A DNA stretch of 64,000 nucleotides from Candidatus Bathyarchaeota archaeon (lineage in GTDB: Archaea > Thermoproteota > Bathyarchaeia > 40CM-2-53-6). The notes under the pieces are model-generated. The model saw only the letters and a program-made list of their open reading frames with translations, did not search any database and was not told the origin of the DNA. The translations under genes and the position numbers were made by a program. The stretch is from positions 75,671 to 139,670 of the forward strand of contig VBBN01000035.1 in assembly GCA_005888735.1 (NCBI GenBank), in the 5' to 3' direction. Positions 29,606 through 40,123 of the stretch are shown one piece after another; position 1 is the first letter of the stretch; the number at the start of each line of letters is the position of its first letter.

Positions 29606-30567
29606 GCTCCGGTTCTAACGGCCTCCGGCCCCGGCTCGTCTACCAGTGGGCTTGCCTCGAGCTCCGCAGCAATCTCTACAAGGCAACTCTGTGCTTCCTG
29701 ACCATCAGCCTCTGTCATCATGTGTAGACTATACCTCGCCTCTTCGAACAGTTGGGTTAGCTCGCCGATTCCGGGCCCCGAGAGATGAAACATGCCGCGG
29801 ATCCCCACTTCCAGTTCTCTGGCGGTGAGGTCGGGCCCAATAGGGGCACCCAGGTTTGCGGCCGCCCTGACCATTCGCTGGTAGCAGGCAATGATGCGGC
29901 TTCCCGGGTCAGCCTCCTCTCTCGCTACGAGGGCCATCATCGCCTCCCGGACCGCGACCTGGCCCTCCTGTTGGACCCTCGGTGTCAATAACGCGACTCG
30001 CCGCGTTTCGTCTGCAGAGACCCACACGCTGCGGGCCAAGATGATTCCGCCGATAACGATTAGGGCCAGGAAGGGGAAAACGTACCAGTCCGTGGAGAAG
30101 AAGCCTGTCAAGTTGGCTATGGTCCCAGAGAAGGGCAGGCTTGGGGGCGGGCCTGTGTTATTGAAAACATTCTGTTCCACGACTTGCGTAATATTCTGGG
30201 TCGCGTTGGTTTGACAGCGAAAGCCAGGGCAGCGATAGTAAACTGTCATTAGGGCAAAGACCCAAGCTGCTCCAGCTATTACTAGTGATAGCGTTGTCCG
30301 CCTCTTCTTCGCTGTCTTGCTGCGACGACGGGCTGCAAGCCCCATTCCGATTGCGTCCGAGATAACTCTCCACTCGAGAGCGAGTATCACAACCATCACA
30401 ATCATGCCGACCAAGCCTGCAAGCGGGAGGAGGTAGACCACGTAGAGGAGCCAGTACGAGTTCACCAGAAGCCCTCCGCTGCTCGGTCCGCTACGGGCAA
30501 GAGTGCCTAGGCTCCATGCTAGGAAAAGCAACGCTGCCACGTAAGGGAGGCTGCGCTTTGCCTTCAA
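29602..30567 (-). CDS. DUF4129-domain membrane protein
   Basis: IIACYQRM...TARE...LTQLFEEARYS C-terminal domain; N-terminal TM helices. Confidence 0.85.
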   Translation of the reverse strand: MKAKRSLPYVAALLFLAWSLGTLARSGPSSGGLLVNSYWLLYVVYLLPLAGLVGMIVMVVILALEWRVISDAIGMGLAARRRSKTAKKRRTTLSLVIAGAAWVFALMTVYYRCPGFRCQTNATQNITQVVEQNVFNNTGPPPSLPFSGTIANLTGFFSTDWYVFPFLALIVIGGIILARSVWVSADETRRVALLTPRVQQEGQVAVREAMMALVAREEADPGSRIIACYQRMVRAAANLGAPIGPDLTARELEVGIRGMFHLSGPGIGELTQLFEEARYSLHMMTEADGQEAQSCLVEIAAELEASPLVDEPGPEAVRTGA

Positions 30568-30656
30568 TGGGGAGAAAGCTTCCCTAGAGAAAGTGGAGTC
30601 AGTGAATAAGTAGTTGTCGGATGAGCCGAAGAGTCGCTAGTTCCCGTGGCCCAGAT

Positions 30657-30935
30657 CTAGTCTTTTATCGCTTCTAGTAGACTTGCCACGTTCCAGAGCC
30701 GGACCCGAGTGTACTGTGGCATGTTAGGGTCTTGGGAGATCTCGTCGAGCATTGATATGGCGTTGGATGCCCGGACCCCGACGCTGTGGGCCTTGTCCTG
30801 CAAGGAGTCCATCGCATCCTTTGCCGCTCGACGAATATTGCGTGGTGTCGTGTTATCGTTCGAGACTTCGTTCAGCACGCCTAGTGCTTGTTTTATCCGT
30901 GATTCGTACTCCTCCTTCTTTTTCGCTTTCTGCAA
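30657..30935 (-). CDS. UPF0147 family protein
   Basis: DNTTPRNIRRAA, RASNAISMLDEISQDPNMP. Confidence 0.92.
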   Translation of the reverse strand: MQKAKKKEEYESRIKQALGVLNEVSNDNTTPRNIRRAAKDAMDSLQDKAHSVGVRASNAISMLDEISQDPNMPQYTRVRLWNVASLLEAIKD

Positions 30936-31074
30936 GATCCATCACCAAGACTACTAGCGTGCTCCTAATGACGCACGAAACCAAGTCTTGGCATCTCTCC
31001 TCTCGATTAAAAGATTTCCATAGAAGCACTGGACAGACAGGCAAGACCAGCACATTCAGCCGCAAAAACTGCCG

Positions 31075-31230
31075 TTAGTGAGCTGCTTTCTTGGGCTCAT
31101 GCACCAAGTGCGCTCCTTGGCAGCAGTAAACACATTGACCGCACGCGACGCAGAAATAGTCCGAGGAGAAAAGCTCTCTTTGACAGCTAGGACACTTCTT
31201 CCACAGTTGGACTGCGCTCTTACGAGACAT
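31075..31230 (-). CDS. Cys-rich microprotein (51 aa), probable Zn or Fe binder
   Basis: Manual translation MSRKSAVQLWKKCPSCQRELFSSDYFCVACGQCVYCCQGAHLVHEPKKAAH*; AT-rich promoter-like sequence ~30 nt upstream. Confidence 0.65.
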   Translation of the reverse strand: MSRKSAVQLWKKCPSCQRELFSSDYFCVACGQCVYCCQGAHLVHEPKKAAH

Positions 31231-31426
31231 GACTAGGTAAGAAGTGGTTCGCTCTGCGTTATGAATTTTCCCAAACCGAACATAGAGCGGTCTTCCGCTA
31301 GATGCTAGGGGTCAGCACTGTCGACACCAATAACCCGACTCCCATGTGGGAGGCGATGCGTCTTCAAACTTGTTTGATTGGACATCAGTGGAGCCGACGG
31401 AGTGAAGGCATCTTAGGCATTGAAAA

Positions 31427-33277
31427 TCACCATAGCGGAGTGTTGTTCTTCAGCACTCCACCTGTATAGGATAGTTTGAGGATTCCGAGCTTGAGTGAGG
31501 TATCCATAGCATTTGCCTGCGCGGTAACCCCGGGGTAGGGTCGTCCTCCCCAGCGATATGCTACCTTCCAGTAGGAATAATCTCCTTGTATGATGTTTGC
31601 GCGTTCCATCACTCTCCAAGACCCTTGATGCTGGAATGATGGAAACAAAAGAAGCACACTCCACCCTTGAACAGGAATCTTGCTGGCCACACCAAACTGG
31701 TAAAAGTACGCCGCTCCCTGCGGAAGGTTCGTGTCCGCCGTGCCTACGACACCGATGTCGAAATATGGTCCTTCTCTAAAGTCTGGGACGAAGCTTCCGA
31801 ATCTCTGCCATGGAACACTTGTAGTGTTGTAGTACCAATTCACCTGACTGTTCAAGGGACTGATTGTGGACAGTTCCCACATCATCCTCAAGAAAATTGG
31901 ACTCGACAAGTTCGTCGGATGCAGAACAATCTGGGCATGGTATCTGAGGTACTGCCAGAAAATCCCACCGCAGTTTGCGTTGCTATCACACGTGCCCCAA
32001 GCTGAGCCTGAAACCACCACGCTACTGTCCGGCATGAGAAACGCGTCGGCTCGCCAACCAAAATCCCACCCGTCAATACAGCAGTTCGGGGATTGGACAC
32101 CCATGCCCGCCATGAGAAAGTTTTCTGGGGCAAGCAGGGCGAGGTTGGCCTTAGCGACGCTTACGCCGATCTCGAGGCAGCAGATTCGATATTGCGTGGA
32201 GTTGTAAAAGCCAGCCACGTACGGATAGCTTGGCAATCCTAGAGTCAGGTCTCCTGGACCTGGTGAGATGGAGGAGGCGTAGAGGACGCTTGGAGCCCAG
32301 AAACTGTAGGCAATTGGAGCCCAAAGACACACAACGATGACTACCGCGATGGCGAAGCGTCTAACGTCCTCAAGGCCGATTCTCCGGTTCCACGAAGGCT
32401 TCCAGGCTAATTTTCGAGGAGAACCCAGTTCTAGAAGCCCGCCGAGAAGAGCGAACAGGGCCCACAACGGCGCAAGGGGAAGCAGCAGGTTTCTGTCACA
32501 GGAGGGGCAAAGGAGCGTCCAGAATGTCCCAGTGATGAATGCCAGCGAGGCTATTCCTGAAACTCCCGCAACCCTGACTGACCCGCTGATGCGCGCTGCT
32601 AGCATCCCGGTCACCATCTGCGGAACACCGACCAGCACCAGGGCTTGGAACACTGGAAAGGGTGGAAGATAGGTGACTCCTGAGAACCACGCGGATAACG
32701 GAAACCAGGTCATCACGGCCGTCACAACCATCCCAGCAAACAGTGCGATGAAAGGAGCCAGCGCCGAGTTTAGGGACCCACGTCTCTCCGCCGCTTTCAC
32801 AATAGGGGGCAGGGTTCCGAAACTGAACATCATCAAGCTCAACCGAAACCCCGCCAGCCCATCAGGGCCTGTCTGGTAACATTCTGAGTGTAGAAGCCCA
32901 TGTGACCTGGACGTGGGACACACCACGTAGAACAGGACCCAAATGAGAACTAGGCTCAAGGAGACCTGCAACACGGCCCAACGTGGCCGTAGCAGGTAGG
33001 CGAGGAGCACTCCCCCCAACGCGAAGGAGACAACGTCTGCCTCCAGTCGTATCCCGGACAGCTTGCCGTACCAGGTTCCGTTCAGGGTCACTCCGAACCA
33101 GAAATCGACTCTTTCAAACAGGTAAGCTGGGAGCCATGGGAATATGGCTATGAGAATAGTGCGCAGAACGCCCTTAGCCGTGAGCCGCGGAAAAAGTGAC
33201 ATCAGGCTAAACCCGGGCTTTGGGGTCTTTTGGGCTTGCCTCGCAGCTATTCCCTTGAGAATAATCCCAATGTCCAT
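31427..33277 (-). CDS. Large membrane protein with C-terminal extracytoplasmic Cys-containing beta-rich domain
   Basis: About 9-10 TM helices, then ~280 aa rich in W/Y/G with ICCLE, NCCID and CDSNANC. Start may be ATG 33202. Confidence 0.8.
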   Translation of the reverse strand: MDIGIILKGIAARQAQKTPKPGFSLMSLFPRLTAKGVLRTILIAIFPWLPAYLFERVDFWFGVTLNGTWYGKLSGIRLEADVVSFALGGVLLAYLLRPRWAVLQVSLSLVLIWVLFYVVCPTSRSHGLLHSECYQTGPDGLAGFRLSLMMFSFGTLPPIVKAAERRGSLNSALAPFIALFAGMVVTAVMTWFPLSAWFSGVTYLPPFPVFQALVLVGVPQMVTGMLAARISGSVRVAGVSGIASLAFITGTFWTLLCPSCDRNLLLPLAPLWALFALLGGLLELGSPRKLAWKPSWNRRIGLEDVRRFAIAVVIVVCLWAPIAYSFWAPSVLYASSISPGPGDLTLGLPSYPYVAGFYNSTQYRICCLEIGVSVAKANLALLAPENFLMAGMGVQSPNCCIDGWDFGWRADAFLMPDSSVVVSGSAWGTCDSNANCGGIFWQYLRYHAQIVLHPTNLSSPIFLRMMWELSTISPLNSQVNWYYNTTSVPWQRFGSFVPDFREGPYFDIGVVGTADTNLPQGAAYFYQFGVASKIPVQGWSVLLLFPSFQHQGSWRVMERANIIQGDYSYWKVAYRWGGRPYPGVTAQANAMDTSLKLGILKLSYTGGVLKNNTPLW

Positions 33278-33429
33278 GATTCCTTAAGCAACCTCACCTC
33301 GGCATGCGAATAGAGATAGCAGTTCCAGATCGTAGTCCTGATCAAATCGCCCAGAATTAGCCGCTTTCGCGGTTTTGAACCCGTGAATTCGAGACACAGC
33401 TAAAACACTATGAACAACGCCCTAAATGC

Positions 33430-33560
33430 TGGGGTCAGAAAACCCTGGATTCGCCAGATTCACGCTCTATCAAGCGAAACTCGCCCCATATCACCGCCAG
33501 GCAGAAACCGTCTCTGGAAGAATTCGTAATCGTACGGCATCCCCGAGACACAGACTCCCT
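33430..33560 (+). repeat. Dispersed repeat A, degenerate copy 5
   Basis: AAAACCCTGGATTCGC..CGCTCTATCA..GAAA..GCCAGGCAGAAA..CTGGAAGAAT..CGAGAC aligns block-wise with the consensus. Confidence 0.45.
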
Positions 33561-33868
33561 CTATCCCGAGAACCCAAAACCGGCGAGAACTGCCAAGAAA
33601 ATCTTCTCGAAATTCTTTTTGCGGCGAATCCTTTTTTTTCCTTGAAATCTTCTCGACCCCCAGGCCCTCCTTGCATCTCGCGCGCCAGAGCACGCTTCCT
33701 ATGCACAAGAATGAAGAATAAGGCTCCCCTTCGCCCGCCAGCACGCGGGACACTCGATGAACATTCTTTTGTAGCCCCTAAGGTCCTATTCTCCTGCTCG
33801 CCAGCTGAACAAGACCTAGGCCTAGCCCGAACAAGACAGGTTCAGGAGCCCTGCTCAAGCCCCGGGCG

Positions 33869-34414
33869 CTAGTCGTGGGTCCACTCCTCTTCCACCCCGC
33901 CGTCCTCCTTGTTCACCAGCCGCGCCAGGTCAAATAATAGGCTGGACAACCGGTTCAGGTACGGAATGGCCTCAGGGTTGATCGACTCAACCCGTGCAAG
34001 AGCCACAACACGTCGTTCTGCACGGCGGCAGACGCTGCGCGCGACGTGCAATTCTGCAGCAGCAATAGTTCCCGTGGGTAGGATGAACCGTTTCAAGGGT
34101 CTCAACCCCGCATGAACCTCCTCCAGGACCTTTTCCAGCCCGGCAACGTGCCCCCTATCTACACGTGGAACATTTGCGCTGACAAGCTCTGAGGCCAAGT
34201 CACCCCCCAGCGTGAACAGGTCCCGCTGTACCCCCCGGAGCCAATCCTCCACTCTTCCCTTTCTCAGCAGAGCCCGTACAAGACCGACCTGCGAGTTCAA
34301 CTCGTCAACTGCCCCATACGCCTCCACCCGCGGATTCTCCTTCCCCACACGGGTCCCACCGTAGAGACTTGTCTCACCCTTATCCCCGGTTCCACTATAT
34401 CCCTTCAAGACCAC
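33869..34414 (-). CDS. PduO-type ATP:cob(I)alamin adenosyltransferase
   Basis: TGDKGETSLYGG.RV.K, EAYGAVDELNS, FILP, RSVCRRAERR, YLNRLSSLLF. Confidence 0.95.
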   Translation of the reverse strand: MVLKGYSGTGDKGETSLYGGTRVGKENPRVEAYGAVDELNSQVGLVRALLRKGRVEDWLRGVQRDLFTLGGDLASELVSANVPRVDRGHVAGLEKVLEEVHAGLRPLKRFILPTGTIAAAELHVARSVCRRAERRVVALARVESINPEAIPYLNRLSSLLFDLARLVNKEDGGVEEEWTHD

Positions 34415-34705
34415 GCTAGCCTGCAAACATATCCAGCAAACTCTGGCGTTTATAATAGCCGAGAAGCCTGTCAAAGCAGCCATTCCCCCTAACCCTCAAC
34501 TTTCTTCCAAAACCTCGCCAAGCACCTCTGCCACTCTAACGCAGCAGATACACGGAACCCTCCCAGTGCTCTCTGCGCAGCTCCTCGGTCTCCTGTCATT
34601 CGCCCTAACCTGGTAAGGAAAAGGATTTCAGCCTCCCAGCACGAGTCTATAACTGTCCAGGGCAGGACCGTTGTCCGACCTGGGATGGACGGAGCATGCT
34701 AAGCC

Positions 34706-37177
34706 ATGATTAAGGAGGCGGAACTTTACCAGCCACTAGCAGACTCCAGGGTCCGCTGCACCGCCTGTGCCCGGTACTGCAACATCCCAGACGGAAAAAT
34801 CGGCTTCTGCGGAGTACGCCAAAACACAGCCGGCAAACTCCAGCTTCTCGTCTATGGAAAAGTCATTACAGGCCACATCGACCCCATCGAAAAGAAACCC
34901 GTCACCCACTACATGCCCGGCTCGAAAATATTCTCCATCGCAACGACAGGCTGCAGCTGGGCCTGTCAATACTGCTTCACCCCAGAGACGTTCGTTTTCA
35001 CCGACAGGGGGGTGAAGACCTTCGCAGAACTATTCGAGGATGGTTGTAACGAGTCTTCGCACGGGTTAAGTGCAGAACGGGATCTGCCTGGTTTCGCTGC
35101 CTTAACTCACAAGGGTCACTTTCGCCAGATAAAACAGATCTTCCGTCATTTCTACGATGGAACCATCGTAACAATCAAGCCCGTCTATCTTCCGCCAATT
35201 CGTTGCACGCCTGACCATAAGGTGTTGACCACTTCCGACCCTGAAAGAGCTCCAACGATGGCCGAGGCGAGGTACTTAACAAGGAAGAGTTACGTAGCAG
35301 TTCCGAAAATTAGGAACCAAACTTCAACCCTGTCAGTGGACCTTGCGGCTTTTCTCAAGGATGAACCCCTCCGAGACTACAAGGTTCCCCGCTCGGCCAT
35401 GCAATGGAGAATGAAACGGCCAACGCTAGAGACAATCGCTCGTATGACGTCTGACGGGCACACAAGCCGGACAATCGGGCAGGTCTCGGGTATCCATCCC
35501 GCAAATATTCGGCAAGCCAGGTCCAAGCTCTCACACTCAAGCATCAATGACATGACTAAATCTTATCGTACCACAAAAATCATCTCATCCAGCGACACCG
35601 TTAGGGTTACAAACGGCAAGAATGCTGTCCAAAGGTTCGTCAAGATCAACAGTGATCTCGCGAAGCTACTGGGGTACTTCTGCGCAGATGGCTCAGTTTC
35701 ACAGGTCCATAATCGGCCATGTTCATTTAGGGTCACCTTCACCTTTGGCAAGGACGAGCAATCGAACATCGATGATATCAAGGACCTCGTCAGGCGAGTG
35801 TTCGGGCTAGACTGTGGCCTAATTAGAGCTGGACCAGTTACTCACGTCTACATCTACAACTCGATACTGGGTCTCTTCTTCAGGAGAGCCTGTGGCGTGG
35901 ATTGTTACAGAAAACGGATCCCCGACTTTGTACTGTTGGATGGCCGAAAGGAGATCACAAAAGCCTTTCTCAGTGGCTACTTGAGCGGTAATGGCTATAC
36001 TACCCGTGCTGGGACGGCAGATCGTTCCTACATTGGAGCAAATTCCGTTTCAGAACGGCTCGTCTTGGGTGTCGCCCTACTCTTCCTCAGACTTGGAAAC
36101 GTTCCAAGGTTCTACATTAGTGAGAATAGCCCGACGACGATAATCGAAGGCAGAACTGTCTCTCGACACAACGACTACATACTGAAGGTGCTCAAGAGAA
36201 ATGATTCCAGCGGGTCTCAAGCCATAGAGTGGGAGGACGATAGGGGTCTCGTAATTGAGAGAGGCGGCTACTATCTCGTCCCAGTTAGGTCAACTGGTAG
36301 TGAGCACTATTCTGGTTTCGTCTACAACATGGAGGTCGAGGGAGACCACACCTACGTTGCCAACCTGGAGGCGGTGAGCAACTGTCAGAACTATGATATC
36401 AGCCAAAGGCGTAAGCCCGAGGGCACTGAAATGGAACCTCTTGCGGTCGCCGCATTGGCCACAAGCTACGGGTGCCAAGGACTAGCTTACACTTACAATC
36501 AGCCAACTATTTTCATCGAATACGCCCGTGATGTGGGCCGAGAAGCGCACAAGAACGGGCTGATCAACATCTTCGTGTCCAATGGATACGACACCCCTGA
36601 CGCTGTAGGGATGATGAACGAGTTCCTGGACTGCATTACGGTGGATTTCAAAGGAAACAATGAAACCGAGTTTCTCAGAAAATGGGTCCTAGTCCCCGAC
36701 GGAGAACCGATCCTTCAGACTCTTCTCGACATCAGAGACAAGACAAAGATTCACACTGAGATAACTGACCTAGTCATACCCGAGGTTGGCGACGACCTCA
36801 AGTCAGCCCGCAAGCTAAGCAAATGGCTCTATGATAATCTCGGACCTGATGTGCCGATCCACTTTCTCCGTTTTCATCCCGACTACAAAATGATGAACCT
36901 TCCTCCAACACCGGTCAAGACGCTAGAAAACCATTGCGAAATCGCGCGGGCAGAAGGACTGCGCTATGTATATGTCGGCAATGTTCCTGGCCATCCTTGG
37001 GAGCACACGTACTGTCCCGAGTGCAAGACCATTGCCATTCGCAGGCACGGATTCGACATTACCGGTTGGAACCTCGGCCGGGACAATCGCTGCCTGAAAT
37101 GCGGGTACAAGCTGCCGATCGTGGGTTCTCTAAGCACGTCGGTGCATGAAGATCGGTTTCTTCCCGTAGTGAACTGA
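34706..37177 (+). CDS. amrS: AmmeMemoRadiSam-system radical SAM enzyme (intein-containing; 353-aa extein)
   Basis: CTACARYC, DPIEKKP, GCSWACQY|intein|CQNYDISQ, AYTYNQP, HFLRFHPDYKM, YVYVGNV, TYCPEC. Confidence 0.93.
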   Translation: MIKEAELYQPLADSRVRCTACARYCNIPDGKIGFCGVRQNTAGKLQLLVYGKVITGHIDPIEKKPVTHYMPGSKIFSIATTGCSWACQYCFTPETFVFTDRGVKTFAELFEDGCNESSHGLSAERDLPGFAALTHKGHFRQIKQIFRHFYDGTIVTIKPVYLPPIRCTPDHKVLTTSDPERAPTMAEARYLTRKSYVAVPKIRNQTSTLSVDLAAFLKDEPLRDYKVPRSAMQWRMKRPTLETIARMTSDGHTSRTIGQVSGIHPANIRQARSKLSHSSINDMTKSYRTTKIISSSDTVRVTNGKNAVQRFVKINSDLAKLLGYFCADGSVSQVHNRPCSFRVTFTFGKDEQSNIDDIKDLVRRVFGLDCGLIRAGPVTHVYIYNSILGLFFRRACGVDCYRKRIPDFVLLDGRKEITKAFLSGYLSGNGYTTRAGTADRSYIGANSVSERLVLGVALLFLRLGNVPRFYISENSPTTIIEGRTVSRHNDYILKVLKRNDSSGSQAIEWEDDRGLVIERGGYYLVPVRSTGSEHYSGFVYNMEVEGDHTYVANLEAVSNCQNYDISQRRKPEGTEMEPLAVAALATSYGCQGLAYTYNQPTIFIEYARDVGREAHKNGLINIFVSNGYDTPDAVGMMNEFLDCITVDFKGNNETEFLRKWVLVPDGEPILQTLLDIRDKTKIHTEITDLVIPEVGDDLKSARKLSKWLYDNLGPDVPIHFLRFHPDYKMMNLPPTPVKTLENHCEIARAEGLRYVYVGNVPGHPWEHTYCPECKTIAIRRHGFDITGWNLGRDNRCLKCGYKLPIVGSLSTSVHEDRFLPVVN
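34973..36382 (+). mobile_element. Intein with LAGLIDADG domain (470 aa)
   Basis: Starts CFTPET, block B IRCTPDH, boxes LLGYFCADG and FLSGYLSGNG, block F VYNMEVEGDHTYVAN, ends AVSN followed by Cys(+1). Confidence 0.93.
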
Positions 37178-37188
37178 GGCGGATTAGG

Positions 37189-37644
37189 CTAGGATTTTAG
37201 CGCTTCCAGAATTTCTGCAGGGTGAGAAGCGGCCTTTACGGGGTCGAATATCTTGATTACTTTTCCATTTTGATCGATCAGGAACGTCACACGGCGGGCA
37301 ACTGGAGACTTTTCGCTGAGAACCCCGTATGTCTTGGCAATCTTCTTGTCAACGTCTGCGACGAGTGGAAATGGGAGGCTGAACTTTTCAGTGAACCTTT
37401 TGTGTGAATCAACGTCGTCGACGCTGACCCCTAGAATCTCAGCTCCCATAGCCTTGACCTTGTCATAGACATCTCTGAATCCGCAGCTCTCGATGGTGCA
37501 GCCTGGCGTGTCATCTTGAGGATAGAAGAACAAGACGATTTTCTGGCCGCGATAATCATGCAAGTGAATCGTACTGCCCGAGGTGACGGGAGCTTCAAAA
37601 TCGGGAGCCGACGTGCCTACTTCTGGACGTGTAACTGTCTCCAT
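37189..37644 (-). CDS. bcp: Peroxiredoxin (BCP/PrxQ)
   Basis: FFYPQDDTPGCTIESCGFRD, LPFPLVAD, RVTFLID; start ATG 37644. Confidence 0.93.
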   Translation of the reverse strand: METVTRPEVGTSAPDFEAPVTSGSTIHLHDYRGQKIVLFFYPQDDTPGCTIESCGFRDVYDKVKAMGAEILGVSVDDVDSHKRFTEKFSLPFPLVADVDKKIAKTYGVLSEKSPVARRVTFLIDQNGKVIKIFDPVKAASHPAEILEALKS

Positions 37645-38060
37645 GGTGCGATCCTTGGAACACAATCCACGATTTATGCTCATCGCGTAGAGCGTTCCAG
37701 GGCCCGGCTTTCTCCCATCTCTATCAGTCATCTGGATAGACGACGACTAGTAGCGTATGTGCCGAAAAGCCGAGTCCGCGCGAATAGTCAATGAGAACAG
37801 AGTATGGATCCTGAGAATATGGAGAAGAATCTGCTAACGTCCGGTTAGCAAGGCTAATCATCCACAAATTCCTAGTATTTACCCAGATTCACGGGCCTTG
37901 AGAGGGCAGGAAACCCTGCCAGGTGTCTCCTGAGTCGTTTATCTGGAAAAGCAGACACTAGGTTAAAATACGCAATCCCGAGAAAATATCTTATTCTTAG
38001 GGATAACGGAGCGAACCCAGCACATCCCCTTGCAGAAAAATGGAATTTGAAGGGACTCAA

Positions 38061-39644
38061 ATGACTAGAATAGTCCTGGCCGCAGACGCGACGCAGATGA
38101 GTGAGTACTGGGGAATTCCCCTTCTCCCATTTTTCAGCTGTGCACCTGCAGAGAAAGTTCCCAGGTTCATCTTTGACTTCCTCTCGCCCCAGGTAAAACA
38201 CCACAACGGCGTTGCACAAATGGCTCCATACGGACTGAGAAAACTCGAAGCCTCCATCCTTAGAAGCTATAGGCCTGAAGAGGTCGTCGTAACCCATCCT
38301 GACCATGTGGACAACTTCATCGACGAGAAAACAAGCATAGTCGGAATCTCTGCCATGGACCCGCTCGGCCTCGGTCCGGTTAGCATGATGTTCACTGACG
38401 GTGGGCGATGGACCGCCTACACAAAACAAAAATTCCTCGAGTTGGTCCAGAGAATCAACACTGCCCGGAAGAAGTACCCGAAAGCCCAGCTAGTCATCGG
38501 AGGGTCAGGGGCTTGGCAGATGGAAGTACGCGACCGAGATACCAAGGCCCTAGGCGTGGACCATGTTGTCATGGGGGAATGCGACCACGTCATCGGTGAC
38601 ATTTACCGCGACATCGAGTTTAACGGCAGCCCCGAGTTCATACACGTTCCTCGCGGTCCAAGACTAGAAGACATCCCGGACATCACTGCTCCGTCGGTCC
38701 ACGGGCTCGTCGAAGTCATGCGTGGCTGCGGGCGAAACTGTCAGTTCTGCGAGCCCAACCTCCGCGTCGCCAAGTATTACCCGGAGGATAAGATCAAACG
38801 AGAGATTAATGTCAACAGGAAAATCGGCAACCCCAACGTCTGGGTCCACAGCGAGGACATCTTCCTGTACAAGCTTGAGGACAAGAGGGGATTCATGCCT
38901 AACCATGATGCGGTCTTGGGGCTCTTCAAGATGATAATGTCGCTTCCAGGAATAACCTATGCTAACCCGACTCATGGAACTACTTCGCCCGCCGTTGCAG
39001 ATCCCGACCTCATTCGTGAGATTTCCGAAACAGTCAGGGTTAACGGGTCCCCGCACATAGGAATACAGTCCGGTCTCGAGACCGGTTCTACGGAGCTCAT
39101 CCGAAAATACATGCCCCTCAAGGTGAAACCATTCAGCCCTGACGAGTGGCAGGACGTCATCTACAACGGCACGCGGGTATTCAACGAGTACTTCTGGTTC
39201 CCAGCCTACACCATAATCCTAGGGCTCCCGGGAGAAACCGCCGAGGATGCTGTTGAAACCGTCCGACTCATCGACCTTATGGAGAAAGGGCTTCCGAGAC
39301 AGATTGGCGGCAAGGCTCACTTCACTGTTACTCCATTGAGCTTCGTCCCGTTGGGAGTTCTCAAGAACAAGGGCTTTTACAACATCGACGACCAGATCGA
39401 TGAGGCCCGTTTCTGGGTCATCTACCGAAGCTGGAGGCACACGGTACTCGAACTGCACAATATGCCCCCGACTCTGATGAAACTCAACCCCGTGTTGAAG
39501 CGGGTATTCACCATGCTCTGCTGGTTCGGTTCCAAGAAAATACTTGAAGGAATAGAATCCTGGGGTCGAAGGCGAGGGTTCGACGCTCAGAAGAGCCTTC
39601 GCTTGAGCGAGGGAGAGAGGCTCAGAGCAGAGGTTCTAGCCTAA
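38061..39644 (+). CDS. B12-binding-type radical SAM protein
   Basis: APYGLRKLEA, MDPLGLGP, EVMRGCGRNCQFC, GLETGS, ILGLPGET. Confidence 0.9.
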   Translation: MTRIVLAADATQMSEYWGIPLLPFFSCAPAEKVPRFIFDFLSPQVKHHNGVAQMAPYGLRKLEASILRSYRPEEVVVTHPDHVDNFIDEKTSIVGISAMDPLGLGPVSMMFTDGGRWTAYTKQKFLELVQRINTARKKYPKAQLVIGGSGAWQMEVRDRDTKALGVDHVVMGECDHVIGDIYRDIEFNGSPEFIHVPRGPRLEDIPDITAPSVHGLVEVMRGCGRNCQFCEPNLRVAKYYPEDKIKREINVNRKIGNPNVWVHSEDIFLYKLEDKRGFMPNHDAVLGLFKMIMSLPGITYANPTHGTTSPAVADPDLIREISETVRVNGSPHIGIQSGLETGSTELIRKYMPLKVKPFSPDEWQDVIYNGTRVFNEYFWFPAYTIILGLPGETAEDAVETVRLIDLMEKGLPRQIGGKAHFTVTPLSFVPLGVLKNKGFYNIDDQIDEARFWVIYRSWRHTVLELHNMPPTLMKLNPVLKRVFTMLCWFGSKKILEGIESWGRRRGFDAQKSLRLSEGERLRAEVLA

Positions 39645-39739
39645 GCGTTTCTTCCTAACGACCCGTCCTCTTCGCAGGGTTCCCAAGATTCTCTCGACGA
39701 TGTTCTTTGGGCGAGGACATGATTCACACCGGCCTTCGT

Positions 39740-40075
39740 TCACATTATTCTCCCCCTGACTATTTCCCTCAGAAGAGGAAGAAGGCCGGACCTTCCGCCG
39801 AACCCTAAATCGCCCAGAAGAACCCAGAACATCTCATCGGGCCTATCAGTAGGCACGAAGAAGCTCGACTTTATTCTTGCTCCCTGCTCTGTGTGTAGTC
39901 CAACGGGCCGGAGCCATCTTCTCGATGCTGATTCTGCGAACTGTGCAAAGCGAGTACAGATTCCGCAGTCGTTGTCGAAGAGGAGGAAAGGCCCCTTGTG
40001 CAGAGATTTGGACTCTTTGATTTGCTCATCCTCTCGTTGAAAACGGCGTTCCCTACAAATGAGGTTAGGGCGCAT
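39740..40075 (-). CDS. DCC1-like (DUF393) thiol-disulfide oxidoreductase, short form
   Basis: LLFDNDCGICTRF (DxxCxxC). Start uncertain. Confidence 0.65.
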   Translation of the reverse strand: MRPNLICRERRFQREDEQIKESKSLHKGPFLLFDNDCGICTRFAQFAESASRRWLRPVGLHTEQGARIKSSFFVPTDRPDEMFWVLLGDLGFGGRSGLLPLLREIVRGRIM

Positions 40076-40123
40076 TAATAAGAGACGGCTCGTCTCGCCG
40101 ATTCGGTAAGGCGTAGCCGGAGT

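Noticed and set aside
33426-33872. ORFs of 148, 97 and 71 aa in this intergenic region
   Set aside because: Atypical composition, mutual overlap, and overlap with degenerate repeat sequence.
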